Below the pieces are notes generated by a model. It was not told the origin of the DNA. It saw only the letters and a list, made by a program, of their open reading frames with translations, and ran no database searches. DNA of 64,000 bases from a virus (taxonomy: Duplodnaviria > Caudoviricetes): IMG/VR virus record IMGVR_UViG_3300031949_001696. One strand, given 5' to 3'. Below, one piece after another: positions 9,713 to 20,507 of the stretch; within the stretch, counting starts at the first letter, position 1, and every line of letters begins with the position of its first letter. A program made the translations under genes and the position numbers.

Positions 9713-10017
9713 GGCGTTGCCTGTAGGAGTCTGTCGAGTGTGGGCCGCACCATCATCGAGATCTGCGCGCCCGTGCGGCCCGCGCGCGGCAGCGGCAGCG
9801 GCAGCGACTGGCAATCGAGGCACTCACCGTCTTCGGTCTGCACCTCGATCTGGATCTCTTCGTCCTCGCTCCAGTCGGGAGTGAAGAAGACGGACAACGG
9901 GCCGTCCGCCTGGTGGTAGCAGAACAGCCCCGGATACTCGTAGGCGAACCACCAGCCGCGGTAGGGCGGCAGCGCCTCTAGCTCGGCGACGAGGCGATCG
10001 GTTTCATCACATTCCAC
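9709..10017 (-). CDS. hypothetical protein
   Basis: Coupled ORF; its 3' end is duplicated at ~9372-9455. Confidence 0.55.
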   Translation of the reverse strand: MECDETDRLVAELEALPPYRGWWFAYEYPGLFCYHQADGPLSVFFTPDWSEDEEIQIEVQTEDGECLDCQSLPLPLPRAGRTGAQISMMVRPTLDRLLQATP

Positions 10018-10598
10018 GGCGACCCTCCGCCACGAGAGTTTCGAGTGCGGCGAGCTGCGGTGCGGGTATTCGCTCGCGATGATTGCGCAGTAGGTGCTCG
10101 GCCGTTCCGATGAGCATCAGCCATTCGATCCGTGCCTCCTCTTCGAGACTCGAAGCGATGCTCACGATCGTAGGAGCCCGGCCCTCGTCGCTGTACAGAG
10201 TGATTTTGATCGATGCGCTCACGAGAGCCTCACGTCGGCGTACATGTCCGAGGCGCCGTCGAGCGCCGCGGACCGGAACATGAGCCCCTGGTCGGTGATT
10301 TCGACCGCGGCCTGGTAGGTCCGCTGCCGGACCGCGGCGAAGAGCTTGGGCCACGCGGTCGGCCACACGACGCCGCCGTAGCTCGCGAGACGCGGATCGA
10401 TCTCGCCGTCGACGATGTACAGCGTGAAGCGGCTCGACGGCTCCCAGCCTGCGGCCTGCGCCCGCGGGTCGAGCCACGCCGGATCGATCTCGCCGCCCGT
10501 GATCGTCCACTCCTCACGACGGTAGCGCTTGCCGTCGCTTCCGCCCGTCCATTCGTTCGCGGCGACGAGCGTCATCCGAATTCCCGTGTCCTTGCCCT

Positions 10599-11081
10599 TC
10601 ATGGCGTCTCCTTGGCGGTCTGACCCCACGGGGGGTAGTGGCGCTGAAGGCCCTCGCACCAGTTATGCTCGATCTCGGCCTTGAGGTAGTTGCCGGCCTG
10701 CTTGTGGATCGCGACGTCCTGCTCGATCAGCTCGACGAGCTTCGCGATCAGGTTCGCGGAGGGCAGCTTGCCCGAGGTCGCCGATCCCATGAGCTGCCCG
10801 TAGTAGCGATAGATCTCGCCGAACGGATCGTCGCGATCGAGGCTCGCGAACGGTAGCGTGAGTAGGGATCGTGCGATCACATCGCGCACGAAGCGCGCGT
10901 GCGTGATGAGCTGGTCGGCTTCCTTGCCGCAGGGAAAGCAGTGCGTCTTATCGCCGATGCGGTACGAGAAGTGATTCACGCGCTCGACGCAGTGACCGCA
11001 CGCGAGCGTGAGCCTCGTCGGGCCAGCGCTGGTCTCGATCTCAAGGATCGTGACGAGGGGGCCACGAGGATCGGCGCTCAC
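10599..11081 (-). CDS. hypothetical protein with CxH...CxxC motif
   Basis: LACGH...CFPC; overlaps neighbouring ORFs. Confidence 0.55.
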   Translation of the reverse strand: MSADPRGPLVTILEIETSAGPTRLTLACGHCVERVNHFSYRIGDKTHCFPCGKEADQLITHARFVRDVIARSLLTLPFASLDRDDPFGEIYRYYGQLMGSATSGKLPSANLIAKLVELIEQDVAIHKQAGNYLKAEIEHNWCEGLQRHYPPWGQTAKETP

Positions 11082-11349
11082 GAGCGCGTCTCCGACTCCG
11101 CGGCGAGCGCGGTGAACGCGGTCTCCCGCGCGTCCACGAGTGCGCCGTATTCGGCGTCGCTCACGCGGGGATCACGATCAGCCGCGCGCACCGCGTCGGC
11201 CGCGCACGTGTACACGCCTGCGAGGCGCATCCATTCATTCGAGAGCGTCATGGCCTCTCTTACCTGCGATCCGCGCGCCAGGTCGAGCACTCTCTGAGCA
11301 CTCTCTAAGCATGCATTTGCACTCGGGTGGGTAGCAACTCACCCGTGTC

Positions 11350-11964
11350 TTGCCGCGGATGGCGTTTAATCGGGCGTGGCTATTGGTATCCGGGTACAGT
11401 TTCGGGAACACCATGGCAGCAGCCTGGAAATCATGGAAATCGATTCGTGACCAAGAACCGTGGCGCCAGCCCGAAATCGCCGAGGTGGATTTTGCGTGGC
11501 TAGCTGGTCTTTTGGAGGGAGAAGGCTGCTTTTCGCTTCAGAGCTATCGGAAACACCCCGCTGAGAAAATTGGCGGCTATCAAGTTCCTTCGATAGAGCT
11601 GAAAATGACAGATCGTGACGTTGTGCAACGTGCCGGCAAACTTCTCGGCGGTAAGCAGGGCCGTGTAAGAAGCCAACTTCGGAAGGAGCACGGGAAAGAC
11701 AGGAAACCGATCTTCATCTGGCGCGTCAATGGTCATCGAGCTGTCTATCTGATGAGTCTGCTTTTGCCCTTCATGGGAAAACGACGCTCATCTCGAATCC
11801 GCGAGTTGATTACGCTGCACAAGAGACAAGGTCCTCGTGGCGGTCACGGGATTACTCCAAGCCTTCGCTTCTCACATGTCACTACGTCGAGAAATGAATT
11901 CAACGCCAAACGCCGTGCAAAACGACGAGCCAAAACGGCTCGCAGCCGCCAGCGCGACGCATGA
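11350..11964 (+). CDS. Free-standing single-motif LAGLIDADG homing endonuclease-like protein (start may be 11413)
   Basis: FAWLAGLLEGEGCF, then IELKMTD and basic beta-strands; visibly more AT-rich than flanks. Confidence 0.8.
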   Translation: MPRMAFNRAWLLVSGYSFGNTMAAAWKSWKSIRDQEPWRQPEIAEVDFAWLAGLLEGEGCFSLQSYRKHPAEKIGGYQVPSIELKMTDRDVVQRAGKLLGGKQGRVRSQLRKEHGKDRKPIFIWRVNGHRAVYLMSLLLPFMGKRRSSRIRELITLHKRQGPRGGHGITPSLRFSHVTTSRNEFNAKRRAKRRAKTARSRQRDA

Positions 11965-12110
11965 CCGGCCGCGTCCGTCCGCGTATTTTCCGGTCGTTTC
12001 GGGAATCATTACGCCTTGTGACGACCTGCATCTCGGCTAATATGGCACCGCGCGCGAGCGCTGGTGGACGTTTTGCAATAGAGCAGGGCGCGATTGGAAA
12101 GGTCTGTGCA

Positions 12111-13088
12111 ATGTCCACCCACGTGTCTTGGGGAAGCATCGAGCTTCTTCACAATGCCGTCCGCACGCTGACGCACCTCACAGAGCAAGGTCGACCGTTT
12201 CCGGTCGTCACGTACCGCGCGAAGGTGAAGCTGCACGGCACCAACTGCGCCGTCCAAGTAAGCGATCACGACATCGTCGCGCAGAGCCGCACGCAGCAAC
12301 TGTCGCCGGAAGCCGACTACAAGGGATTCGCGGCGTGGACGCACGCGCATGCGACGTTCTGGCGAGCGCGCGCGGCCGGGCTCCAACCGTCCTCCGACCA
12401 GAGACTCGTCGTATTCGGCGAATGGTGCGGCCCCGGCGTCGAGAAGGGCATGGCCATCTCGCAGGCGCCGACGAAGCTGTTCTGCGTGTTCGCGATCCAA
12501 GCGACAGATCGAATGATCACCAAGCCGGCCGAGATCCAGGCGCTCTTGCCGGAGGCGCCGCCGGAGCTCCACGTGCTGCCGTGGGAGGGTGATCCGATCA
12601 CGATCGACTTCGGCTCGCGCGAGTCACTGGAGCAGGCCGCGAAGGTGCTGAGTGGTCGCGTCGCCGAGATCGAGCACGAGGATCCGTGGGTCAAACGCGT
12701 GCTCGGCATCAGCGGGCTCGGCGAGGGCCTCGTGCTCTATCCGACGTGGCCGACGCCGCACGATCCGACGTTGATGTTCAAGGCCAAGGGCGAGAAGCAC
12801 CGCACCGCGGGCGCGAAGGTAGCGGTCACCGTCGGCGCCGCGGTCGCATCGTCGATCGACGAATTCGTCGCGCTGATGGTGACCGACGCACGCCTCGAGC
12901 AGGGCCTCGCGACGGCATGTGACGGCACGCGTGATCCGAAGCGGACCGGTGCGTTCCTCATGTGGATCGCGACGGACGTACGCAAGGAGTCGGTCGCGGA
13001 GCTGGAGGCATCGAACCTCGCGTGGGCTCAGGTCGAGAAGGCCATCTCCGCGCGAGCGCGGACGTGGTTTCTGAAGGGAGGTGCGTGA
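12111..13088 (+). CDS. ATP-dependent RNA ligase, Rnl2 family
   Basis: Motif I KLHGTN, III VFGEWCG, IV GEGLVL, V FKAKGEKH. Confidence 0.85.
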   Translation: MSTHVSWGSIELLHNAVRTLTHLTEQGRPFPVVTYRAKVKLHGTNCAVQVSDHDIVAQSRTQQLSPEADYKGFAAWTHAHATFWRARAAGLQPSSDQRLVVFGEWCGPGVEKGMAISQAPTKLFCVFAIQATDRMITKPAEIQALLPEAPPELHVLPWEGDPITIDFGSRESLEQAAKVLSGRVAEIEHEDPWVKRVLGISGLGEGLVLYPTWPTPHDPTLMFKAKGEKHRTAGAKVAVTVGAAVASSIDEFVALMVTDARLEQGLATACDGTRDPKRTGAFLMWIATDVRKESVAELEASNLAWAQVEKAISARARTWFLKGGA

Positions 13089-13963
13089 TGAGTCTTCGGC
13101 ACGTGATCGCGGTGGGCGGCAAGCTCCATCCACCGAGCTGGCTTCCCGACAACCTCTGCTACGAGACGATGATGGGATCGGTCGCGTACGGCGTCTCGTC
13201 GGACACCTCCGACGTCGACGTCTACGGCATCTGCATGCCGCCGAAGGACACCGTGTTCCCGCACCTCGCCGGCGAGGTCTTCGGGTTCGGCGCCCAGGTC
13301 AAGCGCTTCGAGAGCTGGCAGGAGCACCACGTCGCCGCGGAGGGCAAGAGTTGGGACTTCCAGATCCTCGGCATCGTCAAATTCTTCCAGCTCGCGATGG
13401 AGAACAACCCGAACATCATCGACTCGATGTTCACGCCGCGGCGCTGCGTGCTGTCGTCGACAGCGATCGGGGAGTACATCCGCGAGCACCGCGTCGACTT
13501 TTTGCACAAGGGTGCGTGGCACAAGTTCAAGGGCTACGCGTACAGCCAGCTCAACAAGATCCGGACCAAAACGCCGACGGGCAAGCGCGCCGAGCTGGTC
13601 GAGGCGCACGGCTACGACACGAAGTTCGCGTATCAAGTCGTCCGTCTGCTGCTGGAGGTCGAGCAGATCCTCGTCCACCGCGACATCGATCTCGAGCGCG
13701 ATCGAGAGCAGCTCAAGGCGATCCGGCGCGGCGAGTGGACCCTGCCGCAGATCGACGAGTGGGCCCAAGACAAAGAAAAGCAGCTGGAGACGCTCTACCA
13801 TACGAGCACGCTGCCGTATGGCCCCGACGAAGCGCGGCTACGCCGCCACCTGATGCACTGCCTCGAAGCGCACTACGGCGATCTGTCGACGGTCGTCGTC
13901 GATCCCGCCGCGGAGACGCGACTCCTGCGCGAGATCGCGAAGCTCACCGAGCGCTATCGATAG
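13088..13963 (+). CDS. Pol-beta superfamily nucleotidyltransferase (RlaP-like)
   Basis: GSVAYG...SDVDVYG, NNPNIID, GYDTKFAY; TGATG overlap with the ligase gene. Confidence 0.85.
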   Translation: MSLRHVIAVGGKLHPPSWLPDNLCYETMMGSVAYGVSSDTSDVDVYGICMPPKDTVFPHLAGEVFGFGAQVKRFESWQEHHVAAEGKSWDFQILGIVKFFQLAMENNPNIIDSMFTPRRCVLSSTAIGEYIREHRVDFLHKGAWHKFKGYAYSQLNKIRTKTPTGKRAELVEAHGYDTKFAYQVVRLLLEVEQILVHRDIDLERDREQLKAIRRGEWTLPQIDEWAQDKEKQLETLYHTSTLPYGPDEARLRRHLMHCLEAHYGDLSTVVVDPAAETRLLREIAKLTERYR

Positions 13964-14888
13964 CCATCGCGAGCACTTTGGTGGTGCGGTATCTTTGCCG
14001 AATGGCCAAGCGCATCAAGATCGTCGGGAAACGCGAGCCGTGCATCGTGAACACCGGTCCATGCGAGCCGCTGATCGATCCCGACGAAGTCATGCGTGCG
14101 CTAGGAGGCGAGCGAGTGCAGTTCGAGGATCTGTCGCCGCGATCGCAGGCGATCGTGGGAACCAAGCGGCAATAACAGCATGCCGCACAAGGTGAAGTAT
14201 CAGCGCGCGACGCAGATCCCGATGGTCGGCGACGAGCCGCCGCGCAGCATCATCATCGCGTCACTTCCGATTCGCGCCACGTGCTGCTGCGGTTGGGAGG
14301 GGCGGGTCTTTACGTCGTTCGACGGAGATCCGCAACAGCTGGCACGAGACGACTACGGCAGACATCAGGATCGTGTATGCAGCCGACAGCGCCGATGACA
14401 GCTCCAAAAACACAAGAGCCCTGCCGTGGAGAAACAGCGCTCGATAGCTGTCACACGGGGGCTCAAATCGCCGCGATCTGCGGAAACGAGCCCGTCTTGC
14501 GGCTGTGCAATGTCCGGCGCTTCGTCCGTGAAGCTTCGGAAATCTGCCCGATCTGCGGACACGTTCGCGCGCGGTGTCATTATGATAAGTTTTGCTAGAG
14601 AACGTCCTCGATTCCGTGTGCGAGACGCGCCGCGGCTCGATACCCGGATACGGATTGCCTCCACGAACCCTCTGAACCCTCGAACCCTCGGAGTGTGTCT
14701 CAAAACCCCCTCGAAAAATCGGACCTTTTGAGGAAGCTGTCTGGGTTTTGAGGTGACCATTCTAGTCCGCATCGACGGGTACCATTGAACCCTCGAACCC
14801 TCGAACTCCTCGGAACTCGGAACCCTAGTCTTGCCTCCACGGTCGGCACTTTTTTGGACCTGATGGGGAGTGTTTGGTAGTTTCTTAC

Positions 14889-15569
14889 ATGGCCGACATC
14901 ACGATCCGTGATCTGGATTGTGGTGACGGCTGTGACGGAGAGCGCGGCAAACACGGCAAACGCGGCAAGCGCGGGCATGACGGTCCTACGAACGCGGGCA
15001 CGGGCGTCGTCACTGCGTCGACCAGCGAGGCCGGCCGCGTCGGTGTGGACATAGCCACCGTCATTTCGAACGTGGTCCCCGATCGCTGTCGCATCGACAA
15101 TATCAAGGGCGGTCCGATCGCGACCGGCGGCGGGAAGATGTATTTCTTCGCATCGCTCAAGATGGCAACGGTCCCCGACGGCACCGACAACTTTTCGATC
15201 CGCACCCTCCTCAGCAACGTCGCCGCATCCGAGGACCCTACGAACGGCGTCTACGTCGAGCTTGATCGTTCGACCTACGGCGACAACAATTGGCGTGGCA
15301 GAACCGCGAACGGCGGCGTGCGGACAACGATCGATCTCGGCGTCACTCCGGTCAACGGTACGTATCAGCGGCTCGGCGCGGTCGTGAATGCAGCCGCGAC
15401 CCTGGCCACCTATCTCATCGACGATGTTTCGCGCGGCACCATCGCCACCAACATCCCGACGACAGGGCTCTCACTTATCTCGCAGATCATCAAGACTCTG
15501 GGCACCACCGCGCGGACGGTCTCGCTCGACTACGTCTATTGTGCTGTGCTCAACGCGGCGGGCCGCTGA
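14889..15569 (+). CDS. Short collagen-like (GxxGxx) protein with beta-rich C-terminal domain
   Basis: GERGKHGKRGKRGHDGPT; C-terminus (YGDNNWRGRT...DLGV...IATNIP) is paralogous to the next gene. Confidence 0.65.
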   Translation: MADITIRDLDCGDGCDGERGKHGKRGKRGHDGPTNAGTGVVTASTSEAGRVGVDIATVISNVVPDRCRIDNIKGGPIATGGGKMYFFASLKMATVPDGTDNFSIRTLLSNVAASEDPTNGVYVELDRSTYGDNNWRGRTANGGVRTTIDLGVTPVNGTYQRLGAVVNAAATLATYLIDDVSRGTIATNIPTTGLSLISQIIKTLGTTARTVSLDYVYCAVLNAAGR

Positions 15570-15654
15570 GGACTGATCCCCTGATTGGTGACGCGTGCCC
15601 ATGTGAGGCACAAAATTTTGCCTTCAGCCGCGCGAAACCATAACCTTCCCATTC

Positions 15655-16584
15655 ATGGCGGATATCAAGAAGGTTTCCGGCGCACCTGATTGCTGCAACG
15701 ACGGCTGCTGCGACAAGTGCAAGCGCGGCAAGCGTGGCAAGCGTGGTCGTACCGGTCCGACGGGTCCGGCGAGCATGCTCTCGGGGGCGTCGGCGCCCGA
15801 CGAGGCGTTGGTGGCCGCCGCGATCGGAACGCACTACTGGCAGATTGGCACGAGCATCATCTGGGTGAAGTACGGGCCAAACGACTACAACTGGCGCCCG
15901 CTGAGTTGCGATCCGATGGATGGCGCCGTGCGTGCGGGTCTCTTGGCCGATGCGGAGTTCTCGGTCACTAACTACACGAGCACGGCGGGGACAGCGACGG
16001 CGGCCAACAGCGGAGGCGAGCCCGGGCGGCTGTCCGTGTTCGTGTTCTCGGTGACGTCGAACGTAACACCGGATCGAACGCGCAATTTCTTTGCGGGCGG
16101 CGGCTCGCCCGCGCAAGGAATCGTCCCGGGCGGCGGCGCGATCTACATGTTCAAGAGCATCAAGATCCCGACGCTCTCCGACGGTGCCAACGCGTTCCAG
16201 TTGCGGCTCCTCGGCGGCGACAGCTTGGTGGCGACCGCGAACCTAAACGGCGTGTGGATCGAAAACGACTTCGCGGCCTACGGCGATAACAACTGGCGCG
16301 GGCGCACGTGCCTCGGTGGTGTCAACTCCACCGTTGACCTCGGCGTCGCTCCGACCGCGGGTGCGTGGACGAAGATTGGCGCGGTCATCAATTCGCTCGG
16401 TACGCTGGCAACGTTCCTCGTCGATGACGTCGCGGTGGGAACGCTCGCCACGAACATCCCGGTCGCGGCGGCCAACGGCTTCGCGCTTCAGGACATCTTT
16501 TTCAAGACCACCGGAGCCGCGGGTGTGCTGACGTATCAGCACGACTACTACTACAGCGCGATGCTGAGCTCGGCGCAGCGCTAG
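15655..16584 (+). CDS. Cys-rich/collagen-like protein with beta-rich (lectin-like?) C-terminal domain
   Basis: DCCNDGCCDKCKRGKRGKRGRTGPTGP; shares YGDNNWRGRT...LATNIP with the previous gene. Confidence 0.65.
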   Translation: MADIKKVSGAPDCCNDGCCDKCKRGKRGKRGRTGPTGPASMLSGASAPDEALVAAAIGTHYWQIGTSIIWVKYGPNDYNWRPLSCDPMDGAVRAGLLADAEFSVTNYTSTAGTATAANSGGEPGRLSVFVFSVTSNVTPDRTRNFFAGGGSPAQGIVPGGGAIYMFKSIKIPTLSDGANAFQLRLLGGDSLVATANLNGVWIENDFAAYGDNNWRGRTCLGGVNSTVDLGVAPTAGAWTKIGAVINSLGTLATFLVDDVAVGTLATNIPVAAANGFALQDIFFKTTGAAGVLTYQHDYYYSAMLSSAQR

Positions 16585-16713
16585 CAGTGCCCTCCAGCAA
16601 GTCATGTCGACGAGCGAGTCACACTTACAGATCCTTGGCAATCCGCGAAGAAGCGGCTCAAGATCGCGGCGCGGCGCGGGCACCTGCGCGAAGGATGCGA
16701 ATCATCGCCGAAC

Positions 16714-17100
16714 TCACTTCGCGCGTCGTCGAGTCGTCGGCTGGATCCCAAGCCGCGCGACGAGCTTGCCGAGAACGGAGAGCGCTTCCGCGCGGCACTG
16801 ACGAGGCATCGCGGAAAGATCTTCGCATTCTTCGTCGTCCACGACCACGAGCCGCCAGCGACCGCGGCGCCCGCTCCAGCCGAGCTTGCCCCACGGCGGA
16901 AACGGCACGTCGACGGGATGCCCGCTCGGCCGACGGGAACGAATCGCCAGCTCGATCGCGGCGAGCTTTTCGCCGATCTCGTCGTCCAGCGCGTTCAGCT
17001 GTCGGCTCTTGGCCGCGAGCTGCACGACGACCTCGCGTAGCGGTGGCGCGCCGGGCGGCGGCGTGTACGGAGGCGCGGCTAGTCGCCGCTTGAGCCTCAA
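16714..17100 (-). CDS. hypothetical protein
   Basis: Coupled to 17097..17411; coiled-coil-like segment. Confidence 0.5.
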   Translation of the reverse strand: MRLKRRLAAPPYTPPPGAPPLREVVVQLAAKSRQLNALDDEIGEKLAAIELAIRSRRPSGHPVDVPFPPWGKLGWSGRRGRWRLVVVDDEECEDLSAMPRQCRAEALSVLGKLVARLGIQPTTRRRAK

Positions 17101-17411
17101 CGTGTCTTCTCCCAGTGATCACGGGCGCGCTCCCACATGTCGAGCTGACGCGAGTCCTTGACCTGGTCCATGTACCAGGGCAAGCCGGGAAATTCGGCCT
17201 CCCACGCGCGCACTTCCTTCTCGTGCGCGGAGAGGTGCGGACGCTTGCTGGCGGTATGCGCTCCGATCAGCGCGAGACCGACGACCGCCAGGCCGATGCC
17301 GCCGATCATCCACGGAGCGATCGTGAAGTGACCCGACGGTTCAGCGGGGCGCATCTCAGCTCCGACGCGAGGGCGCGAGCCGTACTGACCGCGCGCGTTC
17401 GTGAACGACAT
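17097..17411 (-). CDS. Small membrane protein, NxRGxYG family
   Basis: TNARGQYG...VGA, then one TM helix. Confidence 0.65.
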   Translation of the reverse strand: MSFTNARGQYGSRPRVGAEMRPAEPSGHFTIAPWMIGGIGLAVVGLALIGAHTASKRPHLSAHEKEVRAWEAEFPGLPWYMDQVKDSRQLDMWERARDHWEKTR

Positions 17412-18326
17412 GAATCGATTCTACCCTGTGTGCTCCATGCGCGAGATCCTCAAACACATCGATCGATCGAGTTCCCGCAGACGACCTCGCCGTCGGTCGC
17501 GCGAGCGCGTCGTCGAGTTCAAGCCCCAAGATCATGTGGGACTGTCGGTACCGGCCACTGACGCGCTCCATCATGATCCCGAGCGCCGCCTGACTGGTCA
17601 CGACTTGCCGCTCGACAGCGACTCTCGCAGTACATGGTCAGCAGTCGTCGACAGCTTGTACTCGTAGGCCGCATCCGCCTCGCCCTCGTTACCGCGCCAT
17701 GCGCGCCTGGTGAGGACGCCAGCTCGGTACAAGCTCGCGAGCGTGACACGCTCGCCGCTCGACGCCGCGCGATACCAAAGCCCCCGCAGGTGATGTGCGG
17801 ACACGACGCCGAAGACGTAGCGCTGGAGGTTGGTCATGACGCTTCTCCGGCAGCCGCCAGCACGAGCTGACGGTCTTCGACGGACGCCTCGTATCCGTTG
17901 TCCCAGCGGACCCGAATCCGCGCGCGAGTGCCTCCAGATCCGCGTGGCGCATCCGTCACCTTGAGGATCGTGCCGACCACGTCGCCGCGCCGCGCGATAG
18001 GGCCACCGACCGCCTTGTTCCGAACGACGCGATCGCCCACGCGAAGAGAAGTCTTCTTCACCTGGCGCTTCGTCACAGCCTCACCGCGACAGGCGGAATC
18101 GGAAGCACCTGCAAGATCTTGTTGCGCGCTTCCCACTCGTCATACTCGATGACGGCCCGATAGCCCTGGGCGAGCACGAAGTCCTTGCTGTCGGGAAGGC
18201 AGAAGCGCTGCACTGCCGGCACCGACGCCAGCTCGTGATAGAAGGTGATGGGACCGTCTGTCGCGTCGACGATCACCAGCATGTCCGGCGACCGTCGTGG
18301 CATTCCCTCGCGAGATGATCCGTCCT

Positions 18327-19010
18327 TCACGACGGCAGCCCCAGCGCCGCACGACAGCGCTTGCAGGTGACCTTACTCGGATCGCTCGTCTTCAAGAGGC
18401 GCTGTCCCCGCGTCGCCCTCAGCCCCCGGCAGAGCACGCCAATCACGGTCTCCCCACGGATGGTAATCGGACGCTCCATGTGGACGGTCTCGACCGTCGC
18501 CGGTGCGCCGGTCGTCGGATACTTGCCGGGGGACCACGACGCGAGCACCTTCTCGTAGGCGTCGATCGCGCGCTCCAGCTCGTGCTCGCGGTTGTCGAGC
18601 TTGACCTTGCGCTGACGATGCTCGTGGGCGTAGGGCGGCGCGCCGATCCCGTAGGGAGGCTCCTCGCCGTACTTGAGGGTGACAGGCTTCGAAAAATCGA
18701 GGGGCCTGCCACGGACGTTGTACTTCGTCGGATACCAGATGAGATCGGGATTCGTTGCCAGCGCGACAAGCTCGGAGCGAACACCATCAAGGTTGGTGCG
18801 CGCGCGATCGCGCGCCCATTGCGTGCCCTCCGTCGAGATCCCGAGATGCGGAAAGCCTGTGCCGCCGCAGGGGCCCGTGTGGTAGCCACCGTGCTGGCCG
18901 TGCTGGACGCCGATCGCGGTGAAGCCGTGGCGGATGGGGTGATCGCCGCGCAGCTGCATCATGCGAAGGCAAACACTGCACGTGCCCTGGAGCTTGTCGG
19001 AAGCAGCCAT
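18327..19010 (-). CDS. hypothetical protein with Cys/His metal-binding motifs
   Basis: GTCSVC...HG...C; C-terminal VTCKRC; start approximate (MAASDKL). Confidence 0.55.
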   Translation of the reverse strand: MAASDKLQGTCSVCLRMMQLRGDHPIRHGFTAIGVQHGQHGGYHTGPCGGTGFPHLGISTEGTQWARDRARTNLDGVRSELVALATNPDLIWYPTKYNVRGRPLDFSKPVTLKYGEEPPYGIGAPPYAHEHRQRKVKLDNREHELERAIDAYEKVLASWSPGKYPTTGAPATVETVHMERPITIRGETVIGVLCRGLRATRGQRLLKTSDPSKVTCKRCRAALGLPS

Positions 19011-19826
19011 CGTTACGACTCCATCTCGTCGTTGTACGCCTCGATGCCGTGCAGCCTGCCGGCTTCCATCGCGCGCTCGCGGCGCCACTCGCCGTCGGAG
19101 CGCTCCAGCTCGCGACGATGACGCTCGCACGACGGGCGATCCGGGTTCTGCGTGACCTCGTGCGTCTCGGGGCCGTCGATCATGACGTACTCCCACGAGC
19201 CGCGCGGGCCGCACGCGAGCGACAGCTTCGAGTCATCGGGGAACATCACCACCTCGCGGTAGACGAGGATCGCTTCCTCGCGCGTCGCGAAGTCGTCGCC
19301 AGTCCAGCAATCGTCGTTGTCGGTCTCGTCGGGATTCGAGCCCCAGAGCGTCACGCTGTAGGGCTTGTCGAGACCGTGGGTAAAGTCGCGGCGCTCGGTG
19401 CTCGTGGTCATGCGCTCTCTCGTTGCGAGTAGCGCGCCAGCCGGCAGGTGCGGCAACCTCGTGATCGTACGCGCCTGGTAGGAATCTACCGTGTCGTCGC
19501 GACGATGGGTGTCCGATTACCCGGATACCAGCAGCTATCGAACTGACGACTGACGAGAGTGTGCCCAGAAACCCCCACCGAAAACGGGGGTTTCTAGGGA
19601 AACTATCCGGGGTACTGGGAAACGGATTTGACCGTCTCCGTGCTCAGGGTACTTCCGGTCGTGGATGCACCACACGATCTTGGCGCCGAACACGACCCGA
19701 CGCTTCTTTGGGCTCGCGGAGCGCGCATCGTCGTCAGCGACAGGGGTCATGGGTGGTGGCGGCGCCGACGATGACGCGCAGGCGACTCGGCGAGAAGGTC
19801 ACCGAGGAAGATGAGGTCGAGCAGTA

Positions 19827-20097
19827 ATGCCGTACCGCGATCTGTCTCACGCCGAGCAGCAGAACGTCCTCGGCACACTACGGGCGTTGCGCGCGCGGTT
19901 CGGCAACTGGCTCACTGTCGAGCGCGCGCTGCCGATCTCGCACAGCCAGCGCGTCGAGATGACGGAGGGCCGGACCGAAGTGAGCACGACGATCGCGTTC
20001 CGCATCGCGAAGCTCCTCGAAGTCGCTCCACGACATGCTCCAGGGCCTCGCTCTGCCCAAGCCGACGTGCCCGCACTGCGGGAAGGTGATCGTCTAG
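19827..20097 (+). pseudogene. XRE/Cro-like HTH plus CPHC ribbon, apparent frameshift near 20025
   Basis: ...STTIAFRIAKLLEV in one frame, continuing as LHDMLQGLALPKPTCPHCGKVIV* in another. Confidence 0.5.
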
Positions 20098-20150
20098 CCA
20101 GGCCGGTAACAAAATGGACGAAAGTCCATTCATTTTGTTACCCTCGCTAT

Positions 20151-20504
20151 ATGAACGAGCGCGGACACTACGGAAACGGACCGGCACATACCTCCATGGC
20201 CTACGTCGGGTATGCACCTCCCAAGCCGCCGGATTCGTCTGGGACTGGAGCTGGAACGTTCGTCGTCGGAGCGCTCCTTGTGGGCGGTGCCGTTCTCGGG
20301 CTTCGATGGGCCTTCCGCACGATGAAGGAAGACGAACGCGAGATCCAACGCGAGACTCGTCGGGCGCGTGCACAACAGGAGCTTCTCGACATGCCCGAGC
20401 GTGAGTTCGGCGAGCGCGTGCGTGAGAGCGGGCTACGGACAGGGATGTCTCAAGCGGAGCACGGTCGCGCCCTGGACGCTTATATCGCCAAGAAGGGGCG
20501 CTGA
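20151..20504 (+). CDS. Small membrane protein, NxRGxYG family
   Basis: MNERGHYG...YVGY, TM helix, charged tail. Confidence 0.7.
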   Translation: MNERGHYGNGPAHTSMAYVGYAPPKPPDSSGTGAGTFVVGALLVGGAVLGLRWAFRTMKEDEREIQRETRRARAQQELLDMPEREFGERVRESGLRTGMSQAEHGRALDAYIAKKGR

Positions 20505-20507
20505 GGA

